A DNA stretch of 62,522 nt, filler included, from Sphacelaria rigidula (taxonomy: Eukaryota): NCBI GenBank assembly GCA_964200075.2. It is 10 parts of 10 records of this genome, joined end to end, with 100 filler letters (N's around TTAATTAATTAA, not from the genome) between each part and the next. Parts side by side here need not be neighbours in the genome. Positions count along the whole stretch, not along the records: positions 1 to 6,163 come from CAXNAA020021828.1; positions 6,264 to 12,426 come from CAXNAA020021829.1; 8 more parts are not named here. One strand, 5' to 3'. Made by a program: the position numbers and the translations under genes. Positions 1 to 11,738 of this stretch are shown here, in pieces. Within the stretch, counting starts at the first letter, position 1. The number at the start of each line of letters is the position of its first letter. A model generated the notes under the pieces. It worked only from the letters and a program-made list of their open reading frames with translations. It did not search any database and was not told the DNA's origin.

Positions 1-27
1 CAAGTGCCAGTGCATTTCCCACTGCCC

Positions 28-98
28 AGGGGGGGGGGGCGTACTCATTTGTTGCTTGCCTTAGTCGTGTGAGCATTGACCACGCATCCCTTTCGAGA
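28..98 (-). mobile_element. LINE family B, 3' end fragment
   Basis: G-run followed by CGTACTCATTTGTTGCTTGCCTTAGTCG...CATCCCTTTCGAGAC, matching the 3' end of the longer copies at 9262-9826 and 47690-48985. Confidence 0.85.
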
Positions 99-850
99 CA
101 CAGCAAAAGTGTGTGTGTGTGGGGGGGGACTCTACTGGCTTCCGTCTGTACAGCTAGTAAGAACATATCATCATGTACCCAAATTCGGAACAGCTACTGT
201 ATGAAAACAAAACAGTTGGGTTTTCGAAACTAAGTCCAGATAATTAAAATCGCTCTTCTTACCCGAGGCAAAATGTCCGCTTGAGATCCGTTCAAACGTT
301 CGAAGATACACCGTAAAGGTGTGTATTGCGCAAGGAATCCGTCGAAAGATAAGTCAAGTGATATAATTAGAGGACGGCACTGCAGCACCGTATTCAAATA
401 CATCGCCGCATGAACAGTATACAGTAGTGAGTCCTCTACTTGAGAAATGAAAACTAGCAGCATTCAGCTTTCGTCTGAAACTACAGCATCAGAGTTGCGA
501 GGAAACTTGAAAGTACTCCTGACCGGTTCACGTCGACCCTTTTACTCACGGTTTCCCCATCTCGTCTGTTTTGTACATGTCGTATCCCAAATGCGTCCCA
601 TCAGTCAGCGGTACAGGTTAGTAGTATCACATGAGAAGAATTTCTCGGAATTAATCATGGAAAACAAAATGCTGCTGTTATGACGCTTCCTCTGTGCTGT
701 AAGCAAAGTCGGTTATGTTTACACGGGCCCTCAACCGCGTCCGGTGCGTTGGGCGTTTAGGTTTTTTGAGCACTGCGCAAGGTGGGCAAACGGCCGCAGA
801 AAAATCAGTCGGCTCGGAAATAACCGTTCCTCGCCCCTATTCCGAGGGGC

Positions 851-945
851 GGTGGGGGGGGGTACTCATGATTTTTGCCGTCATGAAAACATTGGCCTCG
901 CATCCCTACGCAGACGGGACGGGGCACTCGGGGTTGTCGCCGGGT
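851..945 (-). mobile_element. Repeat family A, 3' end fragment
   Basis: G-run followed by TACTCATGAT...GGCCTCGCATCCCTACG. Confidence 0.75.
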
Positions 946-1110
946 CAGGCCCAGGGGGAGGGGGCACATAGAAAAAACGCCAAGAAGAAAAAGTCTTAAA
1001 TGATGTAAGAAATGACGGCCGCCCCACTCCGCCGTTTGTTTCAGAGGTCGAGCTCCCCCGCCGCAGTTTCTTCTGACTTTCGCAGTTATGAACACGGGAT
1101 TGTACAAACT

Positions 1111-1471
1111 GGGAATGGGTTCTTTATTGAGGATGAAGCTTGGAAAGCTTCCCACGCATCGGAATATTTGCGAAAAAGGAATATAAATGCACTCTCCGGC
1201 CATGATGTGCGGCCTCATTCATCCCTGTAGAAAAAAAAACTTGCACTTTGAAGTATCCTGTATTTTTAGTGGATTTAGATGAATAAGAACAGTTTTTGTG
1301 CCGGAATGACGGGAGGACGACAGTGTTCGGTACACATAACCCGGATTTTGCCGATTTTGATATATAACTTCTTTCAGGATTAGTGAGTCCACACATCACG
1401 GGCGGAGAGTGCACTTGTATTTCTTTCTTTTAGCTTCCCAAGGTTCATCCTCAACAAAAAAAATCCATCCC
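1111..1471. repeat. Degenerate inverted repeat (1111-1218 vs 1383-1471), foldback/MITE-like
   Basis: TTGAGGATGAAGCTTGGAAAGCT...GCACTCTCCGGCCATGATGTG recurs as a diverged reverse complement. Confidence 0.6.
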
Positions 1472-1615
1472 TAATGTGTAAAATCCCGTATTTTAGTGAC
1501 AGTCTTGTCCTAGAATGCTCTCCAGCACTCTTGGGTTGCCTGGCAGAATGGCCAGTGCTGTCTCCACCGCCATGGCGGAAAAGCCGCCCCATCATAGTTC
1601 CATGCCCCGTTTACG

Positions 1616-1654
<39 letters not shown>

Positions 1655-1869
1655 GGGGGGAGTGCACAGGAGAGGACATCGTGGTTGTGGTAGGTAGTGG
1701 GCGACTAAACGTCGAAACTGTAAAAAAACCAAGGTGACAGATCTGAAAACATTCTCGAAAAATAAATCAAAACATGAGCAAGTTGGTCCTAAAAGTTATC
1801 GAAAACAGTAAACAAATATATTATTCTCTCCCTTCCTATGAGTCTCTCCATAACCTTACACTTCCAATG

Positions 1870-1955
1870 AACCTAATTATAGCATCGTAGGAACTCCGTT
1901 GGGCAGAAATCATCTGCACCCCCATAACCGACTTTACTTATGGGACAGAGGAAAT
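1870..1955. mobile_element. Stowaway-like MITE, isolated terminus
   Basis: GACTTTACTTATGGGACAGAGGAA matches the TIR at 10460-10485. Confidence 0.65.
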
Positions 1956-2312
1956 ATAACACCTACTTTTGTACCCTGCATATTTTAGTGGGTGCATGCA
2001 GTGCATACAGCATGTTCAAGGTGGGAATAATTTAGTATCACCATGAACGACTCTAGTCCCGTGCTCGTCTGCTCGGGTACTCCATGTATACACCACGCAC
2101 GAAAACGAACGCAACAGACATCGTTACGATACGAGCCAATAGAAACAAAAAATAAAATAAGAAATCTCCCGTTTGGGTCTTGATCTTACTTCCATGCCGA
2201 CGGGCGGAACCCAACAACTTTGCACAACACTATCCATCGGGAAAATCCCTCCGAACCCCGTGTAACCCGTAATTCTACGTTGTGTTCCCATAACCTTCCC
2301 TCCTCCCCCGGA

Positions 2313-2357
2313 AATGGTCAAACGACCAAGGCAAGCAACAACTGAGTACGCCCCCCC
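2313..2357 (+). mobile_element. LINE family B, extreme 3' fragment
   Basis: AATGGTCAAACGACCAAGGCAAGCAACAACTGAGTACG followed by a C-run. Confidence 0.8.
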
Positions 2358-3097
2358 TACCCCCCCGTAAATTTCGAGTGGCAACAATACCCCACTAAAC
2401 GTAATCAATTACATGGCGATCCCCTCACGGCCAACCCAAGGGCAAACATCGGGATGTCCAATAGCAACGCAAGCTCAACATTGAAAAAACGCTTGTTTTT
2501 CGACGAGTTTTCAAGTGCAACAAACAAACAAAAACAAATAACTAGTAGTACGCAACGACAAGAAAAACACGCGACTCTGTCTGCTCTCGCAAAAACCCAT
2601 GCTTCGAAGGGGGTTACACTCTGCAAGATTAATGTATTGAGCTCCCCCTGGCGTGCGTAGTTCTAATCCCTGCTAGACTCGTACCCCACCCCTTGCTCCA
2701 TCCAGGTGCTCACGACCGAGCGACGGCTCATGATCAAACCATTTGACGTATTCTACATTCTACATGGCATACGGACAGCAAATCTCTTATCGTTTCAAAG
2801 AAAATGTGAAACAAACACCGGAAACGCACGGCGATATGCATGTGTTATACATCCACACGCTGGCGCAAAAATGGATACCAAGTCACCCGGGCACCGCCGC
2901 TTTTCCAAACCGAAGTCATTGCCTTCGGAACGCAGAAGACGCCGTATTTATATGAAAAATCATTTCAGGGCGACGTAGGCGCGGTCATCACGATGGGAAC
3001 AATCGCTTCTGTAATGAGAATAATATCATGAACTCCTAGCAACACTCAAATTAGAGACCACTCTCGCTGTCATGGGGACAAAAAAATAGTCCTACCG

Positions 3098-5949
3098 TCA
3101 CTCTGAGTCGAAAGCGTCCAGGTGTATGTCACCCCGCTTCTTCACAATTTCTGCAAAGCCGGACAACGTTTTCGATGCGCCCCAGGTATCGCTGGCTGAG
3201 CTCTCTGTTGCGCTTAAATCGCTGCGGAAGCAGCAGACAGTTACCGTCAAGGAGATGAAAACACAAAAGACGAAAAATACACGAGAACAAAAAACAAGAA
3301 AAAAGAAGAGCAAGGGGATGGAGTAATTATAAGTAGTGGTTCCAACAGCTCCAAAAATAGCGATAGCGGGTCGAACTCAAGTTGCGAATCGAAGGGCGTT
3401 GCTATACATCGAGGGGAGGATATACAGATTCACGACCCAAATTTTATTCAGCCATGGGAAGGCACACACTGCCCTCCCCCCCGGCTTCGTAGGGATGCGA
3501 GGTCAATGCTCTCACGACTATGGCATGCAAAATCATGAGTACCCCCCTCCCCCGCTTGGCGATTGGTTGCGAGCATGGTCCGGCGAAAATCCGGCGTGCT
3601 CCGTCCCGGCTTTGCAGGGATGCGAGGTCAATGGTCTTATGACGATGACATGCAAGATCACAAGTACACCCCCCCCCTTTCCCCCTCCCCCGCAGCCAGA
3701 TCCCTTCACCGGCCAACAAAAAAGGGAATACCCTTACATGTTTGCCATCAAATATATCAACAAATAACGATACTCGGGAGTTGACACGAAGTACTGAAGG
3801 AGGCAGGCGTCAACTTTTGGCGACATCTTCTGTTTTTGGACACTATTTTTGATGAATTTAATATATATGCATGTGTGTGCATCAGACCCATAGTAAGGGC
3901 AAAAGCGTTTCCCCTCACCTGTTCATCGTACGAATCATCATTTCCACTGGCCCAGCCTCGTCGTCGTCGCCGTAAATGTCGCCGAGGCCACTCGCATGGG
4001 AGGACCCAGAACAAGGTAGCAACTGCCCACCGGCCCCTGCTTGCGGCAGGATTCCGCGTTCCACGGCCCTCAGGATGTACTCCCGAACGATATTGGCGGC
4101 CTTGTCCAGATCCTAGAGGGAGAGAGGGACTTTCATGTCAGCGCTGAAACTATACATTCTACACGTCTACAATAACTCAAAACAGAATGGCGATATCACC
4201 ATTTTGAAGCAGAGTGTCGTCTCATTTGCATATCCAAGTGTAGTGGTCGTCATCTGCGAAATACAGAAAATGTGTCATTGTTCATGGGGCTCCCCCAAGA
4301 TCATGAAGGAGTATCCATACGCCACCTGTTCGATAACGTGCCGCAAGACGTCATGAAAAAGGTGTATCGGATCCCCTCGACGGCGAAATCAAGTAGATAG
4401 CATCACAAACAAGTAATACAGGTTTGGATACGCGCCACCCTCCGAGAAGTATCAAACCCCCCCCGAGCAGAACAACCGTGGCGTTTGCAATGCCGACGAG
4501 CAGAGCGCGCGCGCGCACACACACACACCCGACACGACGCTCACAAGAGAAACTGCATCAGGAAGGTCAACACCCTCTTGTGACTCCACCAACTTTCACC
4601 GACGACACGTACATCTGTCACGCCAACACAAACCAACCCCACGACAACCGAACGTACCCCTGTCGACCCTCCAACGCAACTCACATGCTGCTCCCCACCA
4701 CACTCATCACCGTCACCATCATCATCATCATCGAAACATCCACTCCCTCCGTCCTCCCGCTGCCGCGGTACCCCCTTGTCCTTTCCGCCCTGCACGTTAT
4801 CGCCCTTGTCCTCGCTCTTTCCACCCTCGCCCTTTTCAGGATATTTATTTCCATGACCCTCCCCATGATTATCACCATCGATGCTCATTACCTCCGTCGT
4901 TTCCGTCGCCGCGCTATGACTCGTCATACTCCCCGACTCTTTCCCACTAGACGCGGGAGAAATAGCACCGACTTTCCCTACCCCACCTTCTACTTCTTCC
5001 TCGGTGCTGCTGTGACTTTGTCGGAGGGTGATCGGACGGCGAAATGGTCGGAACCACTCCAGCTCGAGAAGTTCCGACGGGGTCAGGCGTTCTTCGGGAA
5101 TCGGTTGAAGACATCCACGGAGGACTTCCTCGAATTCGGGCGAGTGCGCTGGTACGAGATTCACCATGTCGTCTACCGCTAAGTCTCGCTGAGAGGGCGA
5201 GAACGAATCAAAACACCATATTGGAAACAGAAATTGGACAAAATTGGAAATCCAGCTGTGAGTTGTTTGGCCGGGAGTCTGGGGGGTCGGGGGGAGGGGG
5301 TCAAACGCTGCGTGCTCTGCCGCACTGTGTGTACTGTTGACCTCACAAAAGAGCAGGACGCAGACAATCACTCAAGAGCAGCAACATGACACCGGGTATC
5401 CATGCCCCTATACAGATTCATAGATTTGTTACCGTCAGCCAACCAAAGCTCTGAAATTATCCAACACTTGAGCATACCGCAATGGCATATTATGATTGTT
5501 CCTGTTATGGCTACGTATACCCGCCCCTCCACCTCCCACCCCCCGCCTCTCCGCTTCCCCTCAGCCTCTACTGTATACAAAGTCATTGCAACATCGTATA
5601 TACTCTGTGCTGCGAACAAGGAACACCCCTCCATATGCCACACAACCCGAGGGCGGACGAAACACGATTAGAATAAACACATGAAAAAACAAAAAACAGC
5701 GACAACAAGACAAAAAGACATCACATACTAACGCACTTCACCCCCATTACTTGTGCCCTCACGACTTGCCTGCAAACGCTCATGCAGATCGATCTGCGAC
5801 ACCATTGAGTCAAACGGCAGACGCCTGCCCGCCATCTCCATTAATACAACCCCGATGGACCACACGTCGGCTGCTACGCCGTAGCCTGTTCCCGCCAGCC
5901 GCTCAGGCGACATGTAGCGTATTGTCCCAACCATTGTTTGTGCCATATC
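3098..5949 (-). CDS. MAP kinase kinase (STE7-like), 3' part; exons 5949-5770, 5188-4685, 4112-3919, 3221-3098
   Basis: Kinase subdomains [38 protein letters not shown] and [21 protein letters not shown]. Exons have AG acceptors and GT/GC donors with matching phases (0,0,2). Stop TGA at 3100-3098. Confidence 0.85.
3472..3690 (+). mobile_element. Two tandem copies of repeat family A inside a MAPKK intron
   Basis: GGGATGCGAGGTCAATG...AGTAC+C-run at about 3480-3553 and 3575-3677. Confidence 0.85.
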
Positions 5950-6004
5950 CTGATCAATGCGCCGTTTTTTTTTTTTCGTTTTTTTGTTGTGGAGGGATGG
6001 AGGG

Positions 6005-6163
6005 AAGGGAGCGCCCTCATGATTTTGCATGCTGTAGTCATGCGACCATTGACCTCGGAGAGGGGCGGCGGGGGGGGGGGGGGGGTACTCATGATCATGC
6101 ATGCCCTGGTCATATGACCATTGGCCTCCTGTTCCTACAAAGTCGGGGCGGATCCCGCCGGGG
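6005..6163 (-). mobile_element. Two tandem copies of repeat family A at the contig end
   Basis: CTCATGATTTTGCATGC... and G15-TACTCATGATCATGCATGCC... Confidence 0.85.
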
Positions 6164-6263
6164 NNNNNNNNNNNNNNNNNNNNNNNNNNNNNNNNNNNNN
6201 NNNNNNNTTAATTAATTAANNNNNNNNNNNNNNNNNNNNNNNNNNNNNNNNNNNNNNNNNNNN
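6164..6263. other. Artificial contig spacer. Identical spacers at 12427-12526, 18689-18788, 24951-25050, 31213-31312, 37475-37574, 43737-43836, 49999-50098, 56261-56360
   Basis: N44-TTAATTAATTAA-N44 (stops in six frames), recurring every 6262-6263 bp. Confidence 0.98.
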
Positions 6264-6384
6264 GAATTCCCAGCTTCTCGTTGTGCTTGGTTTATCCCAT
6301 TTCGATTTACGGGAAGATTTTGCAGTTAAAGTGCGACAATCAATCAATCAATCAAATTTGCCTCCCAAAACCATGCACTTTTAG

Positions 6385-7750
6385 CCATCACCTTCGCCTA
6401 ATTCATTATTTATCTCGAGATATGGCGCACAAAATATTTCATATTAAAATCGGTATATTACGAGCAGAGGCACTACATGCACTAAATCTGGATATCGCGT
6501 CTCAGGTTTTGAGAGTTAGACCGTCGTGTGTGGCAACCAATCCGTATTTGTAGCATATGAGGATATCAGCCCGTGTGCATCCGATTTTCTCCCGTGGATT
6601 GATTTTTCGGACCCCAGTTCGTTGGGAAATGTTTTCCGCCTAGCTCTGGGGAAACCACATCAATTTTCTGATTCTCTGGACGCTGACATTTTGGTTTATC
6701 ATCTTTCTGCTCAGATCGGGACACTGCTGCATTTCCCCAGAATCTGGGGCCCAAATCGGGGGAGATGCGGTAGTGTCCCGATATGAGCAGAAAGGTGACA
6801 AACCAAAAGTCAGCGTCCAGGAGAATCGGAGAATTGATCCGGTTTCCTCAGAGCTGGGCGAAAAACATTGCCCAACGGACTGGGGTCCGAAAAATCAATT
6901 CGCGAGAGAAAATCGGATGTACACGGGCTGATATCCTTATATTTGTACAAATACGGATTGGTTGTCATACAAGACGGTCTTATGCTTTGAAATTTCGTAT
7001 GGAGAATCAATAGTGGATATGATATTTTAAAATCAACTTCTGTTTTTTTTTTTTTTCATTTTTTCTTTGCTTCGAGGGAGTTTTAAGGGAAAATGGACAA
7101 TGTTCTCGGTCCTTATCTCAGTTTTCCAGCTCAATTTATAGAATTGTGATTCGAAACTCAAGATGGGGGATAGCAAAGGCACGCTGAAGAAAAAAATATA
7201 TGGGCTTTCAATTTACTTTTTGAGAAGTATGGGTATTGTCGTGAAAATATAGTCTTTACTACACTAAAACGTCCTAATCAACTTTTAAAAGAAGAAAAAA
7301 TCAACATGCCTCACCTTTTTTTGGTTCATCATGGCCTAGTGAGGTCCTACACAAAATTTTAAATCGCAAGCACCAAACCTGGGCCGGTAAATGGCTTGCA
7401 AAATACTGTTCCAAGTTTCGCCCGGCCCGATTTCTGAAACGCCCTGCCTAGGCTCATTTTGAGTGTTGGATTTTTAATTTGGTACGGAGAATGAATAGGG
7501 CAAAATAAAAAATACTATTTCGGGATGGAAAGTTTCTTTTTTAGAGTTAACGCCATTTTCCTGACAACTGGGTGGTGATTATCGCCATGAGCTCATGAAA
7601 AATATAAATGAAAAGTCCGTCCCGAAACTTTATTTTCTCTTTTGCCCCATTCTTTCTCCCTTACCAAAGTTAAAAGTCAGCTCTCAAAATTGACCCTAGA
7701 CGGGGTCTGCAAACCACGACACCCCGTCTTGGCCGGTCCAGCTCGTACCG
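6385..7750. mobile_element. Non-autonomous DNA-transposon-like repeat (family D); homologous copy at about 15985-16850
   Basis: Collinear similarity, e.g. ATCTCGAGATATG, TATATTACGAGCAGAGGCACTA and CCAAACCTGGGCCGGTAA. Both copies have internal inverted repeats. Confidence 0.75.
6519..6979. mobile_element. Foldback MITE with TTA target-site duplication (PIF/Harbinger/Tourist-like), nested in family D
   Basis: About 180-bp inverted arms (GACCGTC...GACGGTC). TTA at 6516-6518 and 6980-6982. Empty site visible at 16107-16121. Confidence 0.85.
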
Positions 7751-8011
7751 TGGCATTGCTCTCGGGGATCAGATATTGTGCGACAATCAATCCGTCAATC
7801 AATCAATGTAAATGACTGCATTTTTTTTTTGGGGGGGAGGGGGGAAGGGGCGGCAAAATTACCGACCAAAATAAAAAACTGTACAGTACAGTACTCCAAA
7901 GAGGCAGACTCGCAGACTGTTATTTCTGCACGAGAAGAGCCGAACGTTTGAACTTTCCGAACTCTTTCGAGCAGTAGTACATGCTTTCTTCCTTGAAACC
8001 TAAGGGGGATA

Positions 8012-8379
8012 TATGTGTGTGTCTTGTCATCCCATCCATTCTGAACGTCGGTCTATACCTTTTGGTACACGTGGGTACATCAGCCCGGGTCACTCAGGAG
8101 GAAGGCTAACACAGGAGTTTTGATATTTTTTTTCAAGTATCACACCTTCTTTCTGCGGTGCCTGCCTTCATTTTTCGTCACGAGAGTGGTGCAGCAGTCC
8201 CTTCCCCCCGTCAATCGTGAAGTCGAATTTCGTGCACTCACGACATAGTCGCTCTCCAGTATTGTTGGGAATGGTGTGGGAAAAAAACCCAAATCGTGTG
8301 ACTTCACCGAGATTCTAACCCACAACCCAACCGTCGGGAGAAGACGAGATTACCGACTGAGCCACCAGGGCGACCGGCC
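8012..8379 (-). mobile_element. tRNA-derived SINE
   Basis: 5' GGCCGGTCGCCCTGGTGGCTCAGTCGG (A box) ... GGTTAGAATC (B-box-like). Second head copy at 12527-12621. Ends in a (CA)n tail. Confidence 0.7.
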
Positions 8380-8708
8380 ATCACATATATAATGTATGCT
8401 TATGACAAAAGCCATGCAATCTGAAGAAACGACAGCTAACACCATTCGGGTCAGGGTCTAAAACTAACCTGCTCAAGAGTAGAGAGGTAAAACTTTGACA
8501 AGGTTACAAAAGACGTTACGTAGCCTTTTTTTCGTCCATTTTCTTCTCTTCGTTTTTGCTCGATTTATTTATTTATTTCTCCTTTCTATTTTCGACCGTT
8601 TTTAGGAGTATCCTTCGGAGAAGGGTTCATCTAGTTGGGTACTCCTATCCTCAGGGACCGCGGCTAGACTTCTCCGGGATCAGCCAATGTGCGATCAATT
8701 TTCATGAC

Positions 8709-8820
8709 ATCAATGAAATCAATCAAAATCAATCAAACCACTCAAATCAATCAAATCAATCAAATTAGTCAAATCAGTTGAATCAATCAAATCAATGTGA
8801 ATCAATTAAATCAATCGAAT
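8709..8820. repeat. AATCAATCA-type short tandem repeat
   Basis: Direct reading. Confidence 0.85.
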
Positions 8821-9057
8821 ATAGTTGAGGTATCGAGCGATAATTCTGTAACCCACACATCCTCCTCCCCACCCCCCGTATCGGAAGATCAGGAGCCACC
8901 CTGAAAGAGCCGCTGCAGGCAAGCAAAACCTACGATCGGGCTTTGTTATCTCTCTCCGGAACGCGCTTCCTCAAAACAACGATGTGTTACTGAACAAACT
9001 CAGCAAAGTACAGAAAAGGACGTGAGATAAAATGGTACTACTTAATTGACGTGATGT

Positions 9058-9135
9058 TCCGTCTCGAAAGGGATGCGTGGTCAATGGTCAAACTGCTGAG
9101 GCAAGCAACAAATCAGTATCCCCCTTCCCCCCCTC
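9058..9135 (+). mobile_element. LINE family B, 3' fragment
   Basis: CCGTCTCGAAAGGGATGCGTGGTCAATGG followed by a C-rich tail. Confidence 0.85.
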
Positions 9136-9261
9136 CATACACGTGAGCACGGTTCCAATTTGCGGAAGTCCCTCTTGACGAGTTTCGTAGGTCTCATTGG
9201 ACACATGTTCCTTTCTTTTTTTTCGATGTTTTGAGCCCTTCCCTCCCCCCTCCCCCCTCCT

Positions 9262-9826
9262 CAGACGCAAAGTAGACGAGGAAGAACACCTGAAGATATA
9301 CGGGGGGTTGAGAGAGGGGATAGGGATGACAGCATATCTGCATGGCCCCATGGACGCGCCGAAAATTTTGAAACTGCGATTTCGGGTGGGGGACCTAGAC
9401 CTGCCAGGAAGGAGAAAGAGATTTACCAGTACTCGAGTGGAGGAAGAAGTAGATGCACAGAATTGCCCCTGTGGCAAAGCAACAGAGAGCAGAAGTCATT
9501 CAGTGGCAGAATGTGGACTATACAAGGAGGAACGGGACGTGCTAGAGGGGGAAATGCGGGACGTGAACGAAGATAGCATGAAATCGTTTGATGCATTAGA
9601 CTGCAGCAAAAACGATAGTTACACTAGGAGATAGATGGTGGCCACAGACGGCGGAACAGGACGGGGATAAGATATGTAAAAGGTCTTTGTGTGCTGTATG
9701 GAAGAAACGTAATGAGCACCTATATGTTGGAGGTGTCTCTATTAGGAGTAGGAACGGTGCTCAATCTCAAAAGGGATACGTGGTCAATGGTCAAACGACC
9801 AAGGCAAGCAACAAATGAGTACGCCT
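9262..9826 (+). mobile_element. 5'-truncated LINE (family B): ORF2 C-terminal Cys/His domain plus 3' UTR
   Basis: LKIYGGL..YLHG..KLRFRVGDLDL..CPCGKATESRSHSVAECGLY, a non-LTR RT C-terminal zinc-binding motif, running into the family B tail. Confidence 0.85.
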
Positions 9827-9885
9827 CGTTACAAAGTATGCTTCACGCTCGTGAGTTCGAAATATTATATATATATATATATATA

Positions 9886-10485
9886 TTCCTCTGTCCCATA
9901 AGTAAAGTCCGTTATAATCACACGGACCCTTGACCGTGTCAAATGCCGTAGGCGATATTTTTTTCGAAATCTTCAGGGGTATTTTAGTTGAATCACGTCT
10001 TTTTTTCTCCTGTTTGCCCAGCAGCCAGCGGGCGCGAACGGCCGATAAACGATCAGTCGCCCCAAAAATGGCTATATTTCGCCCCTTTTCCATAACACAG
10101 AGAAAAACCCTGGAAACCCGAAAAGCGGCAAAAATCGAGGAAAAAACATAACTGGCTCTATTTCTCCGCTTCGTCGCTGGCATACGGTAACTACGCCTAG
10201 TCCGAAACCACTCGTTTACATTGTAGAATCCAATTACTTCAAAATGAGCCAAATTCGTCAAAATTCGACCGACAATGTACAGATTGGCGAAATTTGGTCG
10301 AAATTTGGCCATGTTTAACCCAACGATTACAAGGTTGTAGGTTGATTATTTTGTTCTTGTTTTTTCCAGGGGCCATACCCATTACTATATATTTTCAACG
10401 AACCTAACTTCAACATCGTGAGCACCTCCGTTGGCGAGGTACGGCCTATCCTCCATAACGGACTTTACTTATGGGACAGAGGAAG
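9886..10485. mobile_element. Stowaway-like Tc1/mariner MITE
   Basis: TIR TTCCTCTGTCCCATAAGTAAAGTCCGTTA and its reverse complement. Flanked by TA, with a (TA)n tract on the left. Confidence 0.88.
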
Positions 10486-11289
10486 TATACTATATGCATA
10501 TGAATATTGGTTGATTTGATTGATTGTCGCACATGAACTGATTCTCGAGGGACCCAGCCGTCGTCACATCATGGACGTACCCGAGATTTAACAGGACGGA
10601 AACACTAGCCGAAGAGAAAAAGGCTATGTATATATCCATCAGTTAGACTACGACAACTGATCAATCACTCCAAAATCAATCAACAGAGAGGAAACAAACG
10701 GAATAACTGAAAAAAAAGAAGAAGGAAGACTATGTATAATAACGCAAGTATATGTACTTTCAGGCAGCTATGGCCACGCTAATGAAATATCGTGACACTT
10801 TTACACCTCACAGCGAACAGTATACTGATTTGTATCGCACTCGAGTCATATTCTGTTCTCCAATCATGTTGCGGCCCGCTCACCTTTTCCGCTGTCGTGA
10901 GCATGCGTCTGGGGGGAAGGGATTGGCCAAAGTTACTCGGAAACAAGCGTGTCGAAAGACTATTTCGAAGGAATTATCACAATGTTAAGAGCATCGAGTA
11001 CACGAATACGGATACATGAACCAAAATCGAAAGACGAAGCATCAAGCGAAGGAGAAATGACAGCGCCAAAAAAAAAAAGTCACACGCTGGTTGCGTTTTC
11101 GACTCCCCTAAAAAAATCTTCTCGTGAAATTGAAAGTTTTAGCGTTCACTGAGAGTTGTTGTTTGTGTTGTTCGTTTGTTGTCTTCACACAAAAAACCGT
11201 TCAGAGTGAGTTTTGATATTCGTTCCAACTTGATCACTTCTCCATTTTGTGTGTGCTTTTTTTTGCCCGTGACATATTTCGCGTGCTTA

Positions 11290-11476
11290 CAGCTACACAT
11301 CGCTATCCTACTCAGGTATACCAAAGGCTTCAGTGGCGAGCTACTACAGAAAGCTTATCGAGCCTCGTGTAAGGTCAAAAGAGGCATTTCGGAACTTAAA
11401 CTATTTTATTCATTAGTTGACCGCTCCTCACTCTCAATCGTATCCCAGACACTCAATCTCACGAAAACATTGTTCA
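11290..11476 (+). repeat. Dispersed repeat family C; copies at about 50205-50392 (+) and 39790-39905 (-)
   Basis: CAAAGGCTTCAGTGGC...GCATTTCGGAACT...CTCACTCTCAATCG is shared. Confidence 0.75.
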
Positions 11477-11496
11477 AAGCCGATCTCCGTGCATAC

Positions 11497-11738
11497 CTGA
11501 GGAGTCTTCACCGCGGGGCTGTACCCCGCCGACTGCTCTGACGGTACAGCGTCAGCAGGCATGCTGTTATCGTCATGTTTCACGAGCAGAACTCCTGCCA
11601 ATAAGCCCGTAGCTGACAGCCGCGTCAGAGAAGTGGCATTGAATAATCGCGTCGGCATGACAATCACGAGTCCATCATCCCCTTCTAAATAGTGGGTGTT
11701 GTCTCCGACGTTGATTTCTTGAACACCTACTCTTGAAT
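11497..11738 (-). CDS. Nicastrin-like (gamma-secretase subunit) internal exon
   Basis: GLVIVMPTRLFNATSLTRLSATGLLAGVLLV...SAGYSPAVKTPQ resembles the nicastrin small-lobe segment (IAGLAV...SGFSPSVQCPN). Bounded by CAG| and |GTATGC. Confidence 0.65.

Noticed and set aside
4424..5182. 252-aa plus-strand ORF
   Set aside because: It is the antisense shadow of the MAPKK exon.
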